A stretch of 64,000 bases of DNA from Octopus bimaculoides (GCF_001194135.2 NC_069000.1:7062351-7126350), one strand, 5' to 3'; numbered from the stretch's first letter, positions 11,706 through 22,618 are shown. The notes: a model not told the origin generated them from the sequence alone. Numbers and translations are program-made.

Positions 11706-14700
11706 GTATACGATGACATTGTCCAATGTATTCTTTGTTTATCTCAAATGATAGGAGTGATTTATGGAAGACTTGGTTTCTATTTCTAATAGATTCAATT
11801 ACTGCATATAGAATGAATGTGTGTGTGTTTTTTTGTTGTTGTTGTTGTTGTTGTCTGTGTTTTAAATGCTGAAATTATAAATAACTCTTTTGTTTTTCAT
11901 TTTTTGACAGACCTCATCAGAAATCTCTGTTGTTGGAAATATCCCATAATTTTGATTGGTCAAAACAGCTTTCTGTAGATAATATCATTGGAAGTGACAA
12001 CATAGTAACCCTACATCACATCCCTCTACAAGGTCTTCTATTTGCCACGTGGAAAGTAAGTAGTAACCTTACATCTCACAACTCTATATGGTCTTCTCTT
12101 TGCTATGTGGAAATAAAGTACACCTTGGTGTTAGAAGTGGTAGAAGGTAATAGCAATTAGTAGTGGAAGCTGGTGATTGATGGTAGAAGTTGGTAGAAGC
12201 TGGTGGTGGAAGTTGGTAGAAGCTGGTGGTGGAAGTTGGTAGGAGTTGATGATAGACCTAATCTGTTGTGGTTTAATGTCACTATCTGACCCTTTGATGG
12301 GTTTTGCAGAGTTCATCCTGTTGCAAGCATTCAAGTCAGGTCTTTGAACTAAGGATAACTTCCTCCCTTCTTCCCACCTGTCATGGAGACCATCAAAAGG
12401 GGTCAAGGACTCTCCCTATTCTTCCTCTCACTGAGCTGTTAAATTAAAAAATAACTTCTTGTCTCCCTCAATCCGAATTTAGATTATTTTCCTGTGTGTG
12501 ATACTTCATTATATTTCACCAAAATCCTTTATCATTTAGTTATTTCCTGTATTTAACTTCTTTCTGTCTTCTATCAATTAGTCAGATTTGCAGAAACAGA
12601 TTAATGATTTTACATAAATTAGTTTGTGGCAGAGTTTTATTCATTTAATAATTTTTGCCATTTCATCATTTTAATCATTTTAAAGTTATGTCATTAACAT
12701 TTCTTATGAGAATTACTTGCTTAGATGTTAATGGATCTTGTAGAGGTTAATTAGTACAGTTAAGATAGCAGAAATAATTTTATATTTGAAAAGATGGAAT
12801 GGCAGTGGCCCTGTAGTGAAGCTGGTAATGTGGTCACCTAGCAATCTATAGGCAGAGGGTTCAAGTCCTCCTGTCAGTGACTCAACAATCTAGAGATACA
12901 AGGCTCAAGTCCCGTCAGTGACCTAGTTATTTATAGACACAAGTTCAAATCCTCCTCTCAGTGACCCAGCAATGTGTAGATCTGTGGTTCATGTTCTGAC
13001 AGTGGAACCTGTTGCTATTTTCTGCCTCAAGTCGACGATTTTAAAGTTTATCTCTAAAGCTCTTAACACAATTAATGCTAGATAACTCAGTAAAGACTCA
13101 GCAAGATCTTTTGCTTGTGGGTTCACTTAAGCAGGGATTCAACCTAGTTTTGCAGTAAAGAACTTACTGACAATAAGTGGATATTGAACCCTTTAGCATT
13201 CAGACTAGCATGTCAAATTTATCGCTTATTTATTCACATTGTTTTGAATTTGTCATAAATTTATCTTGTAGCTTCAAGATTTCACTGATGAGATTGTTCA
13301 TTTTTGAAATAACATTATAGGGTAGGTGAGGGGCTGGATTCTGGCCAGTTTGAACATGAAGCTAGTAGAATATTTCGGCTGGATATGGCCAGTTTAAATA
13401 CCAAAGGTTTAACCCTTTAGCATTCAGATTACTCTCACAAATGTCATTTGCTTATTTATTCACATTATTTTGAATTAATCATGCATTATCTTGTAGCTAA
13501 GAGATTTTCATGCTGTGATTGCTTATTTCTAGAATATTTAGTAGAATATTTAGACCAGATATGGCCAGTTTTAATACTAAAGGGTTAAAGAATATACTTT
13601 GTAATTGAATGTGATGTGACTTGTTTGGCTGGTATAATGGTACCCTGTTGATTTGGTTTGTTGTGTTTCTCAACAATGAATATGTTAGCTTCGTTGTCCG
13701 TTCATACAGCATTTAATCATTTTATAGGAGGGTGGAGAGTTGTCTTTCATTGTTGCTTGCTTCCACTTCCATAAACTTGTTCAAAGATGTCTTCTTGGCA
13801 CCAGTTCACGGTAAGTCAACTATTTTTGTTCTCACTCTGCCCAGTTTTCCTATTCCTCTTGCATCAACATCTTAACCTACAGTTCACAAGTCACAGATGA
13901 AATTTAGTTAGCATAAATGGCTGTGTGATCAAGAAGCTTACTTTCCAACCACATGGTTCTGGGTTCAGTCTTTGGGCAAGATTCCGTAAAAAAAAATCAA
14001 TATATATGACGGAAAAATCGTGTCTTGTGAATTTTCGGAAAGCCCCCACCCCCACCCCAAGCTCGCATTTTTTTCCATATTCGTTTTCCATACACTTGTT
14101 CCCCCTCCCGGCTGGTTAATTTTTTTGTTTTATTTTGTTCCCGGATGGTCTTTATATTGACTGATAAGTGTCTATGGAATACATTACTACTTCCATTAGA
14201 AGACTATATAATTCACAGGCCCAAACCTTGTCACACTGTATCTTATTAAATGCACCTGAGCAAAGACTAGACATGTGTATGTTGTTCAGTTGATTTGAAC
14301 AATTGAACTGTCTCATTTCTCAAACCCGGTGGGAAAGTCCATTATTTAATGAACCTATTACTGATTACATTTCTGACTTGTTTCAGTTTTCTGTCTATTT
14401 ACCAAGATTGACTGAAACTGACACTGAAACCTGTTTAATTAACTCTTCTGAATCTCTTCTCTTTTCCCAGACCATACATTCCATCATTTCCCAATGTGCT
14501 CGAAGATGACATTGATCCAACATTCGGTAAGTATTAAAACACTCTCAGCTGTATTTATCATTACCAATAACAAAATTGTGGAGGCACATGGCTAAGTGGT
14601 TTGGGTGTTGGACTTGTGGTCATAATAGACTGTGGCTTCGACTCCTGAATAGACTACATCTGGATGCTCTTCCTAACATCAATCTCTTTACAGAATGTGA

Positions 14701-14819
14701 TGGGTGGATGTTAATTGTGGGACCAGCATTAGTGAGGTTGTCTTGTACTCCCTTCTAAAGGAAAAGACCCACACTACTCTATGATGTGTTTATTGAAGGT
14801 GCAGACCTAGAAAGTGAAA

Positions 14820-14857
<38 letters not shown>

Positions 14858-16273
14858 AGAAGAGGAGCTGGGATGGGTGGATGGAAGGGATGAAGATATG
14901 ATGGTAGAAATGGAGTAGGGTGGGGTGAGAGAGTGCTAGAGCTGTATGCCATCTATAGTTATACCAGTAACATAATACTGTAGATAGAAGAGAGAGAGAG
15001 AGACGAGAGGTTAACAAGAGGCAGGGAGGTATCAGGTACTGATTTAGTTGGGACAATTGGGAGAGAGAGTGAGAGAGGTGTAAATGTAGATGTCTCCCAC
15101 CCTCTATTGTTACAACCTGTTTTTAATGCTTTTAATGATGTTGATGCTCATTTCACTATATATATGTGTGTGTGTATGTATGTATATGTATACACACATT
15201 CACACGCATACACCCACATAGTTTTCTGCTGGAATCCCTTGTGGTTGTTTCCAATAAAAAATGAATGCGATCATCTGTTTTTTGAATTCATTGATACTCT
15301 TCCAATCTCTGCTGTCTTCTCTATCTCTACCTCACTGCTGTTTTCTTTGTTTCTTTGGCAGGTCTCCATCACTATCAGCTGACATTAGAACTCTCTGGCA
15401 TGCAGACTTCATATTATCTACAACATTTCAACGGATTACAGTGTCAGCTTGGCAACATAAGTAAGGCGCATCTTTTCTTGATGGCGTTCTTCATGATAAC
15501 ATCTATCATTATCATTGACATCATTGTTTTAATGTTCAGTTTTCCCCATGCTAGAATGAATCAGATGGAATTCATTGAAGCAGATTTTTTACAGCCGGAT
15601 ACCCTTCCAGTTGCCAACCTTCATATATGTTTATGTTTACATAGCTTTCCAACCATGTGCTTTCTGGGTTCAGTCCCACTGCATGGCACCTTCAGCAAGT
15701 ATCTTTTATAGCCTTGGGCCAACCAAAGCCTTGTGAGTGGATTTGGTTGTAGGAAACTGAAAGAAGTTGTGTGTTTGTATATATATATACAAGGATTTGG
15801 TTGTAGGAAACTGAAAGAAGTTGTGTGTTTGTATATATATATACAGGATGATGCAAGCAGGGCTCAAGAGATATTTAAGGAAAAATGTAAAGACTGAGAA
15901 GGTGAATGACAAGGACCTTTTTGTGTGCACAGTCTGTGACAGACCATGTCTGTCCTTGGCTGGCCTCAAATCTCACCTGCAAACCCATGGAAAACAAACC
16001 TCATCCAGCTATTCTGATTATATGTCTGTGCACACGTTTGAATGTGGTGTGTGCCAGAGGGTTTGCAAATCCAATGGGGGTCTTAAAAGACATGTTAGGA
16101 TCCACAATGAGCAGAATTTACTTGCAGGTATTGGTAGTGCAAATTAGAGGTGCAATCTGTGTGGGTGTTTTTTCAAAACACTGTCTGGTTTAAAAAGCCA
16201 CATAAGACGCCATGAAAGGGCTAAGGTGTAGGTGCAGGAGGTGGTCAAACTCTGTTTAAGGAGTAGACAACCA

Positions 16274-16310
<37 letters not shown>

Positions 16311-19300
16311 CCCTGAAGCAAAATCGAAATGTAAAACTGTGAACTCATAAACATATTTTATCACCCAAGGAGGATCTTTTGCATCTGGTGTTATTGCATT
16401 GTCCCTTACCCACCAGGCAGGGAGCGGTGCGACTTGAAGCTGAGAAAATTGCTGTGCTAATAAATGCTTTTTGTAATACTCCATCTTCTCCATTAATCTT
16501 TAAAATATATATATGTGTTTGCGTGTGTGTGTGTCTACTTGTTCAGATCCTGACACTGATTGTTGCCAATGAATGTCATTCATTTCCAATATTCTGTGGA
16601 AACAGGTCTTTACATAGGAAAATATTACTTTGTTTGCATTTCAATTGCTGAAGAATGAATCATAGAATTCATCCTATTGTGACAGGTACACAAAATAATG
16701 AAGTGCCAAAATAATTTCCAGTTATGGTTCCATTCATAACTGTTTGCTGGTTTAGAAACCCTTTCCATTCTTTAATCAATTTCAGTTTTTAATTTGCATA
16801 ATACATTCTCACAGTTTAATATTTTAATTGAAAAATGCTAATCCCACTTCTGAATTTGGTTTTAAAAATTCCTGCCACAGAGTTACTGTATAACTTTTTA
16901 ACTGAAATTATCTGCTATTGTCTTCAATAGAAGTTTTTATATTTTGCAGGTGAAGGTCATGCCCATTTTATTGTTATCAAACCAGAAAACAGGTATGACT
17001 ACACACCATTATCATCAAAGCTTAACTTAAGTTGGAAAACAGACTCTCTGAAAGGAGTTGTGCAGGTATGGTCCCTCTATTATATATAATTTTTCTTTTA
17101 CTATTTTGTATTTCATCCATTTTAATATTAATATATATCTAACAAAGCTTTTGTAAATATTTCTCTATTATAGTTGATTTACATTGTTTCATTTCATCTT
17201 TAGTTTCCCCAACGGCAGTTTATGCACCTTTGCACAAAACTTCACACAGTCCCAGATCACGTAATACAGTGATGTAAAATACATTGGGGGTAACAAGTGA
17301 GAAAGTAACAAGCAACATGGTTTATAATGAAAGTCTGTTTCAATTATGTAGACCCTGCAACATAATTATCAACTGATATCAATTTTATAAAATCACTCAT
17401 ACCAGTCGATAAATACCAAATATTTACAAAGACAGTTGCCTTCATTTTGTTAATGTCTCTTTCTCCTCACTGTTCCTATCAATAGGAAAGACATTATATA
17501 ATAGCTTAAGATTGCGCTGGTATGGACATGTGGTGAGAATGGAGGAGGATAGCTGCGTGAAAAAGTGCCACACCCTAACAGTTGAGGGAACCCGTGGAAG
17601 AGGTAGGCCCAGGAAGACCTGGGCTGAGGTGGTGAGGCAAGACCTTCGTACATTGGGCCTCACCGAGGCGATGACTACGGACCGAGACCTTTGGAAATGG
17701 GCTGTGCGTGAGAAGACCCGGCAAGCCAAGTAAGATCGTTGCCAGTGCCCCTGGACTGGTTCTTGTGCGGGTGGCACATGAGATGCACCATTTTGAGCGT
17801 GGCCGTTGCCAGTACCGCCTGACTGGCTCCTGTAGGATTTTCGAGCGAGATCGTTGCCAGTGCCCCTGGACTGGCTTGTGCGGGTGGCACATAAAAGACA
17901 CCATTTCGAGCGTGGCCGTTTTCGTGCGGGTGACACGTAAAAGCACCCACTACACTCTCTGAGTGGTTGGCGTTAGGAAGGGCATCCAGCTGTAGAAACA
18001 CTGCCAAATCGGACTGGAGCCTGGTGTTGCCATCCGGTTTCACCAGTCCTCAGTCAAATCGTCCAACCCATGCTAGCATGGAAAGCGGACGTTAAACGAT
18101 CATCATGATGATGATGTCCCTTCACAAGCATCTGAGCTCTCCTTTTTTCATCAGATTTATCTGCAATTTCTGTAATGTATATTCTCTAGATAGGATGTAT
18201 TTTATTCAGAAATGATATTTCCATTGAAATTTCCCAAATATTATGGGTTAGTGTTATAAAATTATAAACTTTGGCAGCTATTTCTAGCCGATCAGTGTTG
18301 TAAAGGTTTTCCCTGTTAACTTACATTGGTTAGTTTGATTTATCCATGAGAGAAAAATCTATTCTAAGCTTAGTTACATTGGAGCTATTATAATTGGAAT
18401 TCAAAAGTAGAATCGTCCTTAAATTTCAATGGTGACTTTTTTTTGTATAATTTAACACATTTGAATTTTCATTTTTATGAGATAGAGATGTTTGTATTGT
18501 CATGTGGTAGTTAAAACTGGAGAAAAACAAAATCTAGATTTTAAGGGATACAACTCTTGTAACCCGTTTGTCCAGACAAGTTGTGTGTTTTTTAGCCAAC
18601 AAGATGACATCTGGTAAAGAGACCTACAGTAAAGCAATAGGAAACCATTTTGGTTTTCTGGCTTGGAAATTTCTTAACAGGGGCACGAGGTTTTCCTCAG
18701 GTGTTGTTGCTTGACCTTTCAATTTTACACAGGTGAAAATAGCGAAAGTCTTATCATTCAAGCCTGGCTCAGCAAAAATAGATTTAATTCAATCAATCAT
18801 TGATAAGATTGATGGTGACTGACGACTTTAGAATTCTTTGTCAATTTTTTTCCTCTACTTCCTAAATATTCTAATAACTTACATAGGACAAACATGAAGA
18901 CATATATAGATTTTCTCCCTGCAAGATAATATTTTGTGGCTGGGCATCATGATATGTTCCACCCATACAACATTTCATATTTATATGATTATTTTCTGCC
19001 AGACAATTGTTTTCATCTTTATAGATGAAAGATTTTTTGTTTGTCAGAATTAGATTTAGAAATAAAAGTTCTTGGAGTCACTCAGTTTGGTATTACCCTT
19101 AGATCTAGGAATAAAACACTCGATAAAGATCAGAGATCAAACCATTTGAAGCATAATGTAGATGTAAAAGTTGAAAAATCTTTCATTTTTTTTAAAGATC
19201 AATTTAATATTTTAATATTGTGATTGAGATTATTTCATATTTATTTAATATTATGTACTACGTAAATGATCTCGTATCATCCTATGTTTGAGTGTCTTTC

Positions 19301-21758
19301 ATTGTAGGACGTGTGTTTGTTGCATATAACGGTTTTAGAGGAAAGAGAAGAAATATTTTGGAGTGTTAGGTAAGTACATAACACATGGAATGTTTCTAAA
19401 TAAATGTACTTTAATGACTGTTTCGCTAAACTGCACTTCCTTTATTTGTAGTACAGAGGTTTAGTTTATATATTACAGGGAGTACGCTCTCTTTAGAAGA
19501 TATGGACTATAGTATAAAGTAAGTAACCAGGTCAATTGTAGCTGTAGTAAGGATGAAACACAGGAGAATGTTGTCAGTAGTTTTGTTTCTTTGTACCTCA
19601 GCCATTGGACCTAAAATGTGCAATATTAAGCTGCTCTGTTTTTTATAGGGAGTATATAAAAAAAAAACAGAATCAGCTCACATACACACGAGGGGGTGCT
19701 CAAAAGTTCCTGGCTTTAAAGTTATTGCTAGGAGAGACTCTCACTGATGGTTGATGGGATTGAGGGCTTTAGTTGCATGGAATTCAGATCTAGAGCTGGG
19801 ATGAAGTGTGTGTGCACATGCTGATTCTTATTTTGTACTGCCTTACACCATTTTATATCATCCTTTTACACCGTCTTGTCAATACAACATTGATATATTC
19901 ATTTCCTACCAATGTAGGAATAAGAGGACATGGGGTTCTAATTGTACTTAACTAGGAACAAATTCATCTGAAGTCTTCTACTAAGACTAAACTAAAACAG
20001 TTATGGCTTTATTTCTTGTTTATTCAACTCCTGATGTTAATATATTCTCAGTTTAAGTTAATGTGTTTATATAATCTTTATTTTAGTTTCCCCATCTTTC
20101 TTGTAGCTCCCCTTTTTATATATAATCTTTACTATAGCTCTCCCCTTTATATATAATCTTTGGTATAGTTTTCCTCTTTATTGTAACTCTTTTGTCTTTT
20201 TATTGTAGCTCTCCTGTCAGATATCAAGAAAAGAAAACCAATGATGGTGAGTATCTTAAGAGTTCATGTGAAAGTCTTAAATTAATTTCTCAAATCTGTA
20301 ACTCCACTAATGACTGGTTATTAGCAGAGATATGTGTATATGTCTATAAATGTGTGTACGTATCTGAGTGTCTATACATTCGTACAACTGTATAGCTCAT
20401 GTTAGCTTATATATCTATATGTCTCTGTAATTGTGTATGTGCATATGTTTGTCTACATAAAGTATGCATCAGCATGCTTATATAGTCTGTGTTTATATCT
20501 ATATTTGTATATCTATAGTCTATGTGCTTGTGTCACTGTGTTCGTTTATGATTTTATATTCATAACCCATGCTAGCATGGAAAGCGGACGTTAAACGATG
20601 ATGATTTCTGTATGTCTATGAAAATCTGTATGAGTGTATACTTGTAATCAATATGAACTATATTTGTATGAATTTACATTTGTACATCTGTTGGGTCTGT
20701 AGCTTAGTGAATTTGTTTTTGGTCATTTTAGTAGCTTCACCACTTCGCATATAGTTTATAACTGTATGTTTGTATATCTGTATCATTATGTCTATATAAA
20801 GGCTATTTACATGTGTTATACAATCTCTGAAGAATTGATAATGTAAACTACTTGTAAGTTTTCCCTTATATAACGGATGTTATTACTATATTGGTGAAGT
20901 TAGTTGCAGTTAATGTTGTTAGGTTTGTTCTGTCAGAGTAATGTTGCTTTAATTCTCATCTGCAGCCCCAAGTTTTGACTTGGCCACTGGATGTACACGG
21001 TATATTTCTTATAAAGACGATCGAGGTCAACTCTACATGGAAATGAACAAAGTAACTATATCTCTTTTTCATAAACTCTCTCAATATTTATTTACAAAAA
21101 CACACACACCATGAAAATTATCATTTAACATCTGTCTTCTATATTGTAATATGCTGAGTGGTTTAACAGGATTTGATAAGCTGGAAGACTTTTGCCAGCT
21201 CTAAAGTCTGCCTTGGCATGCTTTCTATGGCCGGATGCCCCTTCTAACATATATATGTATTTGATTTATGTAAAAGCAGCTGTAGAATAGAATTTTTTAT
21301 CTATATGACTTGCTTAACATATGTGTATCATTGAAAGCCAGAAGCTACATTTTTCATCTGGGGGAAAAAAATCCCTTTAAATACATAGTGCTTAAAAACA
21401 CACACACACACACACTATACTTCAGAGCTCAGTGAAACGAAATTGCCTTGGAAGTGACCATGAGAGCTATAGCTTGGGAAATGCTTCATAACAAAAACTA
21501 AAAACTGTTTGATCATGTCAAATTTATTATAATTCAACAGCATGTGCGGGGGTGTATGTGGGTCTGTGTGTTGCAGTTTCCTTTATGTTGAATGCCATGC
21601 TCAACCCCATCTTCTGGCTGTCCCCGCTAACAAAGATTTCCCCCCTTTTCTTTTCTTCTTTCTTTCAGTGTGAAGATGGCAGAGTCTATGTGACAAATTT
21701 ACAACTGTCACTCTCTTTAGAGGCTGTCAACCAATGGTTTGGCACCAGTTACACCTGA
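4457..21758 (+). CDS. FBXO15: F-box only protein 15-like gene, 14 coding exons, 5' exon(s) not identified
   Basis: Exons 4457-4588, 5794-5898, 8963-9067, 10653-10745, 11081-11326, 11911-12055, 13728-13810, 14471-14526, 15362-15460, 16950-17065, 19308-19369, 20209-20246, 20966-21051, 21669-21758. All are AG/GT bounded with matching phases and give about 485 codons without a stop. F-box FPDEILFKIFKYLPILDLLTCSLVNKHWCIIATD is followed by GYWKKLCISK, YTGL, IGSD, FHFHKLV, DDIDPTFGLHHYQL, LSWKTD and the C-terminal VNQWFGTSYT*, matching my recollection of vertebrate FBXO15 motifs in order. Confidence 0.9.
5794..5898 (+). CDS. FBXO15: FBXO15-like exon encoding the F-box motif
   Basis: tttttccag acceptor, gtaagt donor; FPDEILFKIFKYLPILDLLTCSLVNKHWCIIATD. 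Confidence 0.93.
6140..6480. repeat. degenerate tacaggta-type minisatellite
   Basis: Many recurrences of ctgtacaggta/tacaggta. Confidence 0.7.
8117..8296. repeat. near-perfect 180-nt inverted repeat
   Basis: Arms of about 89 nt with two mismatches and a one-base difference in the A/T run, and almost no loop. Confidence 0.95.
8963..9067 (+). CDS. FBXO15: FBXO15-like exon
   Basis: ttag acceptor, gtgagt donor; LLWQDIYHKY...QGYWKKLCIS. Confidence 0.9.
10062..10305 (+). mobile_element. tRNA-derived SINE family C copy
   Basis: tggcctagtggttag...tcatgattgcaagatcgtggtttc head and gcaaaacacttcattt body. Related copies at about 2790-3035, 24130-24345(-), 54420-54700. Confidence 0.75.
10350..10545 (-). 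mobile_element. tRNA-derived SINE family B copy
   Basis: Reverse complement of the head gcagaatcgttagca...gagttcaaattctgcc plus body catcctttc..gtc..ataaa..taccag. Related copies at about 26820-27000, 28720-28925, 41280-41470, 41500-41725, 48680-48810 (all -) and 51600-51810, 52010-52200 (+). Confidence 0.85.
10653..10745 (+). CDS. FBXO15: FBXO15-like exon
   Basis: tcag acceptor, gtaagt donor; TVDLRNHKVLSLLRKVHLYTGLVKNTEAAIR. Confidence 0.88.
   Translation, partial: NCRSSKSQSPLSLKESSFIYRLGQKYRSCH
11081..11326 (+). CDS. FBXO15: FBXO15-like exon
   Basis: ctttag acceptor, gtgagt donor; KAGITWRLCL...FSINPIFFHKDGRPVLD. Confidence 0.88.
11911..12055 (+). CDS. FBXO15: FBXO15-like exon
   Basis: gacag acceptor, gtaagt donor; PHQKSLLL...IIGSDNIVTLHHIPLQGLLFATWK. 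Confidence 0.88.
13185..13588. mobile_element. two head-to-tail piggyBac-type MITEs sharing one TTAA
   Basis: Ends CCCTTTAGCATT...AATACTAAAGGG-like, TTAA at 13409-13412 between the copies and at 13585-13588. Confidence 0.75.
13728..13810 (+). CDS. FBXO15: FBXO15-like exon
   Basis: tatag acceptor, gtaagt donor; EGGELSFIVACFHFHKLVQRCLLGTSS. Confidence 0.88.
14471..14526 (+). CDS. FBXO15: FBXO15-like exon
   Basis: cccag acceptor, gtaagt donor; PYIPSFPNVLEDDIDPTF. Confidence 0.87.
15362..15460 (+). CDS. FBXO15: FBXO15-like exon
   Basis: ggcag acceptor, gtaagg donor; GLHHYQLTLELSGMQTSYYLQHFNGLQCQLGNI. Confidence 0.87.
15845..16290 (+). mobile_element. 5'-truncated LINE-like 3' end (probably RTE clade) encoding three C2H2 fingers, with one in-frame stop
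   Basis: CTVCDRPCLSLAGLKSHLQTH, CGVCQRVCKSNGGLKRHVRIH, TAG at 16145, CNLCGCFFKTLSGLKSHIRRH, stop at 16229. No TGEKP linkers. Ends in (TA)n. The finger pattern resembles the C-terminal finger of RTE-type ORF2. Confidence 0.6.
16950..17065 (+). CDS. FBXO15: FBXO15-like exon
   Basis: tgcag acceptor, gtatgg donor; EGHAHFIVIKPENR...LNLSWKTDSLKGVVQ. Confidence 0.88.
17506..18116 (+). mobile_element. 5'-truncated RTE-type LINE (ORF2 C-terminus plus 3'UTR)
   Basis: LRWYGHVVRM...GTRGRGRPRKTW...QDL is the typical RTE C-terminus. The 3'UTR carries an internal duplication of about 125 nt and ends gacgttaaacgat followed by a GAT/CAT microsatellite tail. Confidence 0.88.
19308..19369 (+). CDS. FBXO15: FBXO15-like exon
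   Basis: tgtag acceptor, gtaagt donor; DVCLLHITVLEEREEIFWSV. Confidence 0.85.
19688..19716 (+). mobile_element. isolated mariner-like TIR
   Basis: acgagggggtgctcaaaagttcctggctt resembles mariner terminal repeats; no partner TIR seen. Confidence 0.45.
20209..20246 (+). CDS. FBXO15: FBXO15-like small exon (38 nt)
   Basis: tgtag acceptor, gtgagt donor; SPVRYQEKKTND. Needed for phase continuity. Confidence 0.8.
20564..20605 (+). mobile_element. extremely 5'-truncated stub of the same RTE LINE
   Basis: 20564-20599 is identical to 18065-18100 and is followed by gatgat. Confidence 0.8.
20966..21051 (+). CDS. FBXO15: FBXO15-like exon
   Basis: tgcag acceptor, gtaact donor; PSFDLATGCTRYISYKDDRGQLYMEMNK. 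Confidence 0.86.
21669..21758 (+). CDS. FBXO15: FBXO15-like terminal coding exon
   Basis: tttcag acceptor; CEDGRVYVTNLQLSLSLEAVNQWFGTSYT then TGA. Confidence 0.9.
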   Translation, partial: CEDGRVYVTNLQLSLSLEAVNQWFGTSYT

Positions 21759-22044
21759 CACCCCTCTTGCAACATTCTGCTTCTTTTGCTGCTGGACTGG
21801 GTTCTATTCAAAACACTTTGGCTTCACTCCCACACACATACACGTATTTTTGGTGAGGAATGGTGCTGAAACGGAATCCTTTGGCAGTATCTTGGTATCC
21901 CCCCACCCCACCATTATCTTTCATTATTTTTTTATATTTTCTTAATAATTTGTGCTGAGTCTGTTAACGAGTTTATCTTTCCTGTTTTTTTTTTTTCTTA
22001 CTTACTCGTTCAACAAATAACATCTTTAAATTTTACAAATTTTT

Positions 22045-22050
22045 AATAAA
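22045..22050 (+). terminator. candidate poly(A) signal of the FBXO15-like gene
   Basis: First AATAAA I found after the stop codon, about 290 nt downstream. The region is AT-rich, so chance occurrence is possible. Confidence 0.4.
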
Positions 22051-22618
22051 AAGTAAATTTTGAAAAATATATAAAAATATATATATATAAGAACAAAAAC
22101 TAAAAAAAAATACAAAAAAAAAGAAGTAATGTCCAAATGTTAAAAATTATTGAAAAATATTTCTTTTGTAAACCACAAAATTAATTGAATTTTAATCCAT
22201 TGTCGGCTTCCTGTTTCTAATTTGGTGGTTACATTGGAAATGAACAGACGTTCTTGGAGGTTTGTTTGACATTTTGTTGTTTTTCTTGTTAATATATTAT
22301 TATTATCATTATTATTTCCTTCTTATCATCAAATGTTCACCCATTAAAAGAAAAAAGTTAATCTGTTTCCAGATGTTCGTTTATTTTAAAAAAATACAAA
22401 ACAAACGAACTTTTTAGTTGGTGGACATTTGATGAACAAACGTCTAAATCTTTGTCGACCAAATGTTAACCCATTAAAATGTTAATTTCTGTCAACTAAA
22501 TGTTAACCCATTAAAAAACATTAATCTCCATCAATCAAATGTCTCTGTTAATCAATTTGGTTTCTCTGGCTCCACCAGCCATTCTACTTCGACCTCACTT
22601 CTCTTATTTTATATTTTT

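Noticed and set aside
17442-18043. Several overlapping 120-160 aa minus-strand ORFs
   Set aside because: Antisense to the GC-rich RTE LINE fragment
18560-18840. Non-microsatellite segment resembling a DNA-transposon remnant
   Set aside because: No TIR pair or transposase motif could be read with confidence
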